This document shows positions 53,614 to 64,000 of a DNA stretch of 64,000 bases, in pieces (positions within the stretch are counted from its first letter, which is position 1; each line of letters opens with the position of its first letter). Below the pieces are notes generated by a model that saw only the letters and a list, made by a program, of their open reading frames with translations, did no database searches and was not told where the DNA came from. Location: assembly GCA_951406725.2 (NCBI GenBank), contig OX597838.1, forward strand, positions 1,984,001 to 2,048,000. Direction: 5' to 3'. The translations under genes and the position numbers were made by a program. The DNA is from Octopus vulgaris. Lineage: Eukaryota.

Positions 53614-54859
53614 GGGCAACCAATGACTTGTTTTAAACTGTGTTTGTGTTTGTGTCCCTTCTACAATCTTACAACTGCTGTTCGTCCACGTAGCCTAGGG
53701 GTTCGGCAAAAACATCCAATGGAATAAGTACCTCTCTTAAATACATAAAATAAGATAAATACAGCGGCGATTTCACCAACTACAAAATCCTCGAGGTGCT
53801 GACCGAGTATGGCCGCTGTCCAATGAATATAACAAGTGAAAAGTAAAAGATGTAAGCAAACATACATATATATGAGTAGATATACACAGACATATATACA
53901 TATGTCTGTATAGACATATATATACATATATATATACATATATATATATATATGCACATATTATGGCTACCCCCTCGTTATCGAGAATGGCCATTGCACG
54001 AAGCTTAACTGTTACTGGTGCTACATATATATATACACATATATATATACATGTATATACATATAAATACACATATGGACATATGCACACACACACATAT
54101 ATATAGGCATATGTACATATATACATGTCTGTATATATGTATTGGTGTGTGTGTGCGTGTTTATATATGCAAAGGAAAAAAACTGAGAGGGTACTCATTA
54201 AATGTTGTAGCTTTAATTAATTAATTTGACGTTAATGATTCACTTCGATGCTACCCCTGTCCCATATGCCTCTTGATCATTCAAGCGACACAAATATGGT
54301 TTGAAGAACTGGGTTCCAGGGATCAACATAGAAGACAAAGTTCTCTCTAGATTTACTAAATTCACTAAAATGGATTTTTGGAATCATCGATTCTTGAATC
54401 CCTTCTCCATAAAATCCTTAGAATTCGGTAAAACATTCACTGTTGCTATTAGTGAGAGTGACACCTGCATAATAATGGACGCCAGGCAGTCGGTACCGTT
54501 TTATAGTGATTCTTTTGGGAAAGAAAATGGTGAGGTTCCTTTTGATGTCTGTGTTGGTGTTTCTATGGTACCGAAGTCTGTAAACTAAACAATTCTGTAA
54601 AAATGTAGAAAGTCTCTCATCAGAATTTTTTTATGAAAGCAGACCAACAGGCTCTCCTAAAATGAATGCCGAAAGAATTATTTAACTTAAAACAGAAATC
54701 AAATGTTTTAAAATGACCCTCAGCCCTTGCATAAGAGTTGAGTCGTCCATTTTTCTTTTAGTGTTCACGCTTGACTTAACTACAAACAAGTACCATCTCT
54801 TGCACTCGTCCAAAAACTCCGAACACGATCTCTTATAACGAAAGACTACTACAGCTACG

Positions 54860-56700
54860 GCGTCCGCGGTATTCGATGCGTTTGCTCTCGCAGCGGGGCA
54901 TTTGTCAAATTTGACAAAACTGGGGTTTGGGGCCGCAAGCAGAAGTATTACTCTGTCGGCTTAAACGTCAGGGCCAACCATCGGATGGGAGCAATATTCA
55001 TGAGGGACAGGGTGAGCTTGTGGATCGGAGATAGCTCAACCCACCCCGGGTACATGCCTCTGCAAGTAGAAGTAAATACCATCTCTAAACAAAGTCAAAC
55101 AAGATATAGCAGCTTATACATACAAAATCCTTAACTATCCTTCAAATATAATTACAAAATACCTTTGCAGGTCAAATATACAGGAGAATATTCAACTTAA
55201 CCTCTAAGGAAATCTACAAGTCACAGTTTTCTATAACGATGAATTAAATATGAAATGATGTGAAGTTTCAGAGTCTGTGGAACAATCCTCGCAAAATATA
55301 AAAAAAAACAAATATATGAAGTAAGAAATACTGCTATAGCAAGAAATTCCATCTCCTTAAGAAAAGAATATTTTCCTGGAACACATGCTCTATTCCTGGA
55401 ATTTTTTGCTCTTCAACAGGAAAAATGTTAATGTTAGCTACTGTTGCATGAAAAACCGCAGTCACATCCCGACTAAAACAACAGAATGTATTTGTATCAC
55501 CGACAATTCTGTTCACTTAATGACAAATGACAAAAGGACTTACACATGACTAATGTAGAGAGCGGGAATCCCATCTGTAGACAGTTTCCAAAAATAACTT
55601 CATGGGGTTCAAGAAGAAAACATTTAAGACATGGCATCCATGACATACTCACTCATTTAGGTCTCAACATTGAACTACATTTAAAAACTGAAGGATAGCG
55701 GAGTATTATGTAGACTACAATCTTGTATTCCAGCAGATCAAATAAGGGATTTTTATATTTGGTCAAAGGATATAAACATTGGACTAATGTTTGAATGTTA
55801 AAAATCTAAATACTAAAAGTCCGAAATTTTATTTGTGTCGGAATATTAAATGGATTTCCAAATATACATATTTCGGTGGAATTCTGCTTTAAGCACCCTA
55901 TACAAACCCCCTTAACGTTTTCTTTTTACTTTTTCGAATTCTCAGAAGACGTTTTTGAATTTGTGTTCTACCAAGAAATTCCGCTCAAATTTTAACTATT
56001 GATAAGATAACTAGCCCTTCCATCACCCACGCAAATCATTAACCAATGACACCCTGTTATGACGTGAGTATACAAGTCTGGTGTAAAATGGTATTACACG
56101 AATAAATAGCTGGATGTGGTTATCTAAAAATAACCTATTGTAGAAATATATGTTAACACAGAACGTACACCGTCCTACTCTAATGTAGGTACGATACTCA
56201 GTATTCACTTTTCAACCACCGAACTGTTAAACTAACACACGTTGAACTCCTGCTGCCAACTGCCCCCCCCCCTAAGAGTTCACTCAGTTCTTATTTATTG
56301 CAAACGGTCAGTCCACCTTCAATCCCGTGGAAGTGTTCAAGGATTTCCCCGCAGAGTAACACTTTGTCCTTAATGGTCCAGGAAATTATTATTTAATCAC
56401 AAGCAGCTTTTACATTTTATTGTCGCCCACCTGGAACGGAGAAATAATTAAAGTGATTATTTCTACAATGACCATCCGAGAACCAAACGCCAGGCAATCT
56501 TTGACGCACTCTTGAACCATTATCAAAACTGACAAATAATAAAAATAAAAATGTACAATTCGAATATTTTGGAATATTTTGACTTGATTCATCTTTTATG
56601 CTCCACAAAATCCAAACCTTTTCCCCCTTATCCAAAAATTGTTGCCTAAAATACTGCTCAGCATCAGAAGGGTTACTTTGCGGTGAATGGTTTGTGTCTC
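54860..56700 (+). mobile_element. Decayed LINE-like sequence (UTR-like GC-richer head, then ORF debris)
   Basis: Microsatellite-free 1.8 kb. The head at 54880-55090 resembles LINE 5' UTRs; no intact diagnostic motif. Confidence 0.3.
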
Positions 56701-56799
56701 TTTGGAGTCCCAACAACACTGTTAAGATTATGGCGGAGTGTTGGCATTCCGTTCAAGGGACTGTCTAAAACACTCTCAATGATCATAAAAATATGGCGT

Positions 56800-57000
56800 A
56801 AGTCCTTAAGGCGGAGAACTGACAGAATTCTTAGCTTGCCCTGCAAAATGCTATGCAACATTTCGTCTGTCTTTACGTTCTAAGGTCGACTATGCTTTCA
56901 TCCTTTCGGTGTCAATAAAATAAAATATCAGTTGAGTACTGGGGTCAATGTAATCGACTAACCCCCCCACCAAGTGACAGGCCTTGTGCCAAAAAGTTGA
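56800..57000 (+). mobile_element. Degenerate MetaSINE copy
   Basis: ATTTCGTCTGTCTTTACGTTCT..GGTCGACTATGCTTTCATCCTTTCGGTGTC..ACTGGGGTCAATGTAATCGACT. Confidence 0.8.
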
Positions 57001-57128
57001 AGTCAAGTCCTTCAGAGTGTTATACATTTGGAATATCCAAAAGGATTTATACATTTCTACACACTTTCCAAGCAACACGTAGAAATATATGTACATCGGG
57101 CCTCTGTACTGTTATGTACATGTATTTG

Positions 57129-57226
<98 letters not shown>

Positions 57227-57306
57227 CATTTGCATATATGTATAAATATATATGGTATATGTGTACACATGAGCTAATACAAATACATATTCATATATAT
57301 GTATGC

Positions 57307-57345
<39 letters not shown>

Positions 57346-58642
57346 ACGTTGCGTTACGAATATGGAAAGTGTGAAAAGCGAAGTATTGAATCCAAGACGG
57401 AAGGTAAATACCTAAATGGACGCCCGAAATAAGTACTGTGGCGTTGTCTTCTATACAACCGATTCTATTCTACATCTTAGTACACATACGCACATACACA
57501 CACATATATGCACACACTCTGTTATTGTACTATTGATACGTATACACAAAAAACTATTGCATACATCTCTCTCTCTCACTCTCTATCTAACTCTGTATCT
57601 AAATCTCACCTTATGCATATATATATATATTACATCTATATAACTATCTGTCTTGTTATGCATTTAATTATCTAAGCATCTATCTACATCACTATTTATG
57701 TATGTATCTATTTATCAATCAAACTATCTATCTATCTATCTATCTGTCTATCTATTTATCTACCTGTCTGTCTTTATGTATATTCACACAGACGCACATA
57801 CAAAAGCGGACCCACTCCGTCGTCTGCTCCGTGTAGGTAACAAGCGGAGACTAAGAACAGCCTAAGTGGTTCTCTTATTTTTGCCAAAAAAATTTTGGCC
57901 GAAATAAAGGTTAATGTTTTGGATGTGGGCGAGGCACGAGAACTGGATAAAGCGATGGTATTGAGTGGCCATCACGAGTGAAGGATGGGGAGGGAAGACG
58001 TACAGAAATCATTATCATAGAACCTTCTTATATCTTCCTACAGAGTTTCTCCTCCTCTTCTTGCTCCTCTGTCTTACTCCGCCTCTCCATTCTGTTTGCT
58101 ATCTAAAAATACTTCGCGATTCAGTGAACCAGAAGAATTTTCGGATATTTTAAATGTAATTTGGACTGGCTGCCATCGTTTTCCTTGGCCAACCGTCAAG
58201 ACTTCCTTGTTTACTGAAGCGACACCTAATGGCGCTATGTTGCATGAACTTTTTTGCTTGTTGTTTTCTTTTAGTTTCTGGTAAATCTTTTATTAAGGAC
58301 GTGATGATTTCAGGGTTTCGCTTTGGTGGCCATATGTTGCTAACGCAGGGTAATGGACAGGGTAGAATTAATCGTGTGAGGTGGCAGAGATCGTGTGTGG
58401 AGACGCTGCCGACGTGTGAGGTGTGCGGCAGATATTGTGTGGTGGCGTTCATTATGTGTGCTGTTAGAGCTTAAATGCAATCGGGAACAATGTTATAGAG
58501 AAAAAAATAATCAAATTAGAAGATATATATATACAGAGAGAGAGGGGGGAGAGAGTGAGAATTTACAAAATCAAAATACAAAAGACGAAGGCGGGTGTGT
58601 AAAACCCACCTACACACAAACACATATACGATATATGCGCAA

Positions 58643-58680
<38 letters not shown>

Positions 58681-59132
58681 TTATCTGTATATATATATAC
58701 ATATGTGAGAGTGTGTGTGCGTGTGTGTGTCATGTATATATATATATATATATATATATACATTTATCTGTATATATATATACATATGTGAGAGTGTGTG
58801 TGTGTGTGTGTCATGTATATATATATATACATATATAGTTTACTTTTTCCTTCATTTAAGATCAACAATAAAACGAAGTGCTTCATGTGGTGAAAGTTGA
58901 AACTATTGTTTACTATAAACAGTGAATACTTTCATGAGCTGCTTTAGTAGTTTCGTATATTGAAACCCGCCGAGTGGCTCCGAGTAATCGCCAGGCTCTG
59001 GGCACATTGCTTATACAAGTTAGAAATCGAGAGATTAGAGCAAAAGAAATCATGAGAAGATAACAAAATGAACGAGGGTTCAAATTGTAGATTAGTGGGG
59101 GGGGGGGGGGAGAAAGGAAAAAAGAGTCAATA

Positions 59133-59254
59133 TTATGTCCCCTTTGACCGCAATGTTCTATGGGTCGATGGTGTAGAGTCATCGGAGAATTTACATCCCT
59201 TCTGTTCATTCTACAATTTCTCGCTTTACAACACTGCCGTCAAAGGGGACATAA
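59133..59254. mobile_element. Small MITE with ~25-bp inverted repeats
   Basis: TTATGTCCCCTTTGACCGCAATGTT versus AACACTGCCGTCAAAGGGGACATAA. Confidence 0.75.
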
Positions 59255-59522
59255 CTCTAATTCTTCTTTTCTTTTTTTTAGTTATTTTTTTGGGTTTTTC
59301 TTTCACCATTCCACTTTGTGACCCGCACCGTCATCTCGTCCTATTCTTCTGGTTTGTAGATTGTACAGGTCACGTGCCCTGAGTCCAAAGAATGCTCGAA
59401 GATGTTAGACGTGTCTCAAAACCTGAAGAGTTGATATTTTCAATGTATGAAACTATTAGTGGCTCATAACTATATGCTGTGTAAATTAATCAACAATTCA
59501 CACACACATACACACACACACA

Positions 59523-59563
<41 letters not shown>

Positions 59564-59998
59564 AAGTATATGTATATATGCTGTTCTATGAGAACCGAAA
59601 CAACTTGTTACCTGCTTAAGTGATGTACCTGTACACACACATATACACACACTACTCGCTCTCTCTCTCCCTCTCTCTCTCTCTCTCTTGCTCTCTCCAC
59701 CCCCACCGTCCACACACTTATATGTAACTTGTTTCATTCGCTCCACATCGGTTCCGCTGGGGCACAACCTTGAGTTGTTTAGGAGAGCAAACTCACCCCA
59801 GTATTTTTCTTTTCCCAAGTCTCCCACTTATGCTAGTCGTCTCCTATGCTAAGTGACGGGATGCAAACAAACTAAGACAGGTTGTCAGCATGTGTGTGTG
59901 TGTGTGTGTGTTTGCCTACATATATAATCTATGTATATACAACTTCTGGTTATTCCCTACATAGTATCTCACCCAAGTAGATTTCTTAGTATAAATCA

Positions 59999-60033
<35 letters not shown>

Positions 60034-60449
60034 TCTACCTCTAACCCTCGCTCTTTTTATTTCTCTCTCTCCCTTTCTCTCTCGGTCTATAACACACACT
60101 CCCTCTTTTTCTCCCTCTCTCTATCATTCGCAAATATCTTCGACATTCAAGTAATTACATCGTTATAATTAAAGCACTTATTAAAACAAATATTTTAAAA
60201 TTAAAATAATTAAATTTAATATGAAAATTCTAATAATATATTACTAATTCTCATACTTTCAGTTATTAAATTTTTTTTTGTTTCGCAATTGAAGTTAATT
60301 AAAACAAATAATTTAAATATTTTAATGTCGAAATAAATTTTTGTCATGCTCTTTAATTTTGAACTGGATTAGAGCGTGTATAACAATGATATATAGAACG
60401 AAAAAAAACTATCCGTTATTATATTATATAAATCAGGCGTGTATAATAT

Positions 60450-60511
<62 letters not shown>

Positions 60512-61014
60512 TATATATACATAAATGTATTCATACATATGTATGTATGTACATGCATATATTTGAATATGTATATATGTATGTATATATCGATATATAT
60601 ATATATGTGTGTGTTATATATATGTATATCTATATACATACATATATATATATATATATACACACACTTTTATTTGTATATTACTATACATTATCTCATA
60701 TAGGAACATTGTGTGCCTGTGTGTGTGTGTATGCATCGTGCGTGTATGTGGGTACGTGTATCTATAAATATTTTGTGTGCGTATGTATGTATGTATGTAG
60801 GCGCACTCTTTATTATTATTTATGTTCCTCGGTTTAATATGAAATATTAATTAAACATCTTTAATGAAGAGACTAATCTAATAAAACAATAAAGACTGTT
60901 TTAATCTCAATCAAGCGACTAATTACAATCAAAGACGAAACAAAGAACAAATAGAGAAATATAAATTGTTATTATTAGATGCACCGTCAACTAACAAACA
61001 CTTATACAGAGCAC

Positions 61015-61055
<41 letters not shown>

Positions 61056-61226
61056 ACATACGTACACGCACACATATTTACATATACATATATAGAGAGA
61101 GACCATACACGCATATGTGTGTGTGCATTTATATTTATATATAGCACACACACACACAAACACTATATATACCTATATACATAAATATATACATACACAC
61201 ACCATGCACACAAATATACACACATG

Positions 61227-61307
<81 letters not shown>

Positions 61308-61464
61308 GGACACACACATTTGTATACATACAATATACAAATATACATAGTGACAGGCACACATACACATATACATGCACACGAACACACACATGTACAT
61401 ATAGATAGATATACTTATATATACACACACACATATATTTATATATATTCTCGATGGGATGCTT

Positions 61465-61975
61465 ACGATGATGATGATGATGATGATGGTGGTAGCGATG
61501 TTGAGGTTACTGGATGTGTTGTTTTGGTGGTGGCGGTGGTGGTAGTAGTGGTGGTGGTGGTGTTGTGGTGTTGTGGTGTTGTGGATGTGCAGGTTGTAGT
61601 GGTAGTTGTGGTCGTCATCGTAGTGGTTGAGGTTTTGGTAGTTTGGGTTATGTTGGTAATGATGATGCTGGTAGAGATATTTGTGGAGGTGGTGGTGGTA
61701 GTGGGGATGGTAATGATTGTGGTGGTGGTGGTGGTAGTGGTAGTGGTAGTGGTGGTAGTAGTGGGGAGGGTAGTGGTTGTGGTTGTGGTAGTGGAGATGG
61801 TTGTGGTGGAGGGAATGGTAAGTGGGTGTGGTTGTGGTGGTAAGTGGGGATCGTAGTGTTTGTAGTGGTGGTGATGGTACTGGTGGTATAAATGGGGATG
61901 GCAGTGGTGATAGTGATGGTAGTGGTGGTGATGATGGTAGTGCTGGTAATTGTAGTAATGGTGGTGGTGGCGATG
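61465..61975. repeat. Degenerate (GGT/GTA/GAT)n low-complexity tract
   Basis: Direct inspection; source of poly-V, poly-G and poly-T/P ORFs. Confidence 0.92.
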
Positions 61976-62888
61976 GCGTTCGTAGTTTTCAAGATGCTGG
62001 TGTCAGTGACGCTGATATTGTTGTTGGTGAACTACAATATATTAATTTTTTCCCCAACATAAAACGATTTATATTTTTAGACATCTCTTTGTTTTAGCTT
62101 TCCCCATAAATCCTCGATCAGTGTTTTAAACCTGATATTTTTTTTTCCTTTTTATTGAGCTCATTTTCTAATCATTTAGCACTAAAAAATATTGTCGTTA
62201 TAACTTCCATTTTTTCCCGTATAATCACGTTAACAGCTCATGTGATTATAAATTCTAGTTTTACTGTTGATCCAAGAGGTCTTGTAGTCGTTTAGGAAGC
62301 AAATTGATTCTATTAAATTTCTTAGACTTTCTACTCTTTCCATTTATCACCGACAACTTGTAACAGTTTAATATCAACAGAAAATTTCTTTACGACGCCC
62401 GTTGCATTCCCACTGACGAAGGCATCACGTGCTTTGATATTTCTGGAAACTTTCGACAGCCACAAACACGTTCCTGCATTTGTACCATTCTATGGAATAC
62501 ATAATGTATTTTCAATATTTTTCTTGCTTTATTTTGAGATGATCTTTGTTGCAGTTACTCCTTTACAAATATATGACCGATTTTCAAAACCTTTGGTTCC
62601 AAAACCATTTCCAGATTATCAGGGTCCTTGGCTTCTATCACAAAATATTTTTAAGACATTGAAATTATAATCGCATTGGTAATTCAGTCACTGTATATTA
62701 CCAAGAAATGTTCAATGCGTTTCAGGCCCCTGGAGCTTATATTTATTACTACGCTTACAACTTGCATCTGCTACATTTGAGACCCTTAGAATAATAAAGA
62801 CCTCCTTTGGCTGTGCATCTTTCGTAATCTCAGGTTAATACCTTTTTCCTATCCATCGTCAATACAATCATGTTTAGTCTGCATTATA

Positions 62889-63040
62889 GGTGCAGGTGTA
62901 GCTGTATGGTAAGTAGCTGGCTTACGAACCGCATGGTTCCGAGTTCAGTCTTCTACTATAGCCTTGAGTGGATTTAGTAGAGTGGATTTCCGTCTACCAA
63001 ATCCTTGAGTGGATTTGGTAAACGGAAAATGGAAGAAACG
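62889..63040 (+). mobile_element. Rearranged 51132-family SINE head
   Basis: GGTGCAGGTGTAGCTGTATGGTAAG..CATGGTTCCGAGTTCAGTC..GAGTGGATTTGGTAAACGGAAA with an internal inversion. Confidence 0.8.
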
Positions 63041-63541
63041 AAACAGTCCTGGCTTTCATTCTTTCGGGCCAAGATAGTGCTGGGGTCGATGTCATCCACT
63101 TGCCTCCTCCCTTCAATCACACACACCATGAACCCTGCAAAAGACAGTATCCCATTAAAGGAGAGTGTTGCTGTCTCGGTCACTCCTACGAGACAGCAGC
63201 ACTACGCAATGGTCACTGGAAATCTGGCCATATTAGTGACAGGGCCCAATAAAAATGAAAATATAATTGCATGGCATATGACAGATTTACACCGTCAAAT
63301 CCTGTGCAGTGGAATCCCTATAAAAGCGATTCTTCAAACTCAGTATTCTTACCATATTCTACGATTTTCGCAATGCTTCTTCTACTGTAGCCTCAGACCG
63401 ACCAATGCTTCTTGTATTCATCTGAAGAAAACGGCTTATATAATGATATGATATAATGTAGCCATTAATAAATAAAAAATATTCGTTGGAAACACCTGTA
63501 ATGAATTGACACCTGTCCATCGTTTATTATTATTATTATTG

Positions 63542-63599
<58 letters not shown>

Positions 63600-64000
63600 A
63601 TACGCAAATAACGAGAGTGAAACAAAGGACAAGTAACACAAAGAATGACCCTTCATCAGTTGTCGGCTGTCTGTCGTCTACTCCCCATTTTGAGTAATCA
63701 ACGACAATATGAGTCTTCGAAGACAGTTGCTCCCATAAATACCAAAATAAATTTTTGGATTTACAGAGGGCCAAAGTTGGGAACAAAAACTGGACAGTTT
63801 GTATACATGCATGCATGTATGTTTATGTATGTATATAAGTATATATATAAATGTGTGTGTGTATACACACACATGCACACCCACCTATAGAAACAGACAG
63901 TCAGTTAGTGAAGCTGAAGCACACAAACACACAAATTCATATATATCTGTGCATGTATATACATATGTACACACAACCACAAACGCATTTCTGAAAAAAA

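Noticed and set aside
59415-59465. CTGAAGA-GTTGA..TCAAT-GTAT-GAAAC
   Set aside because: Insertion before GAAA, no NUH and no stem I; cannot be supported as a ribozyme.
62406-62450. CTGACGA-AGGCA..TGCTT-GATA hammerhead-like fold
   Set aside because: GAAA is replaced by GATA and stem III is absent; compatible with chance.

Overview
Repeat-saturated, AT-rich animal DNA with no recognisable intact host protein-coding exon, tRNA or rRNA gene. The extreme density of (TA)n, (CA)n, (TATC)n, (TATG)n, (GAA)n and (ATT)n microsatellites, together with tRNA-derived CORE- and Meta-domain SINEs, points to a coleoid cephalopod (Octopus-like) intron or intergenic region; this taxon call is an inference. Almost all ORFs in the supplied track are microsatellite artefacts. 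The non-microsatellite DNA is mostly decayed transposons: Ty3/Gypsy LTR+PBS+gag, Penelope-like (PLE) RT and GIY-YIG fragments, Tc1/mariner, L1/Tx1-like and R4/Dong-like LINE pieces, MITEs and SINEs. The most interesting signal is a set of sequence-unrelated type-I hammerhead ribozyme (HHR) motifs in short PLE-terminus-like elements beside (TA)n tracts. One is a 78-bp inverted repeat (13094-13256): one arm holds an HHR with an intact core, and the only two mismatches in the other arm hit catalytic-core positions. A few unique islands carry transcription-factor motif clusters, including a triple AGGTCA nuclear-receptor array at 23063-23091. All family assignments come from motif recognition by eye, not database searches.
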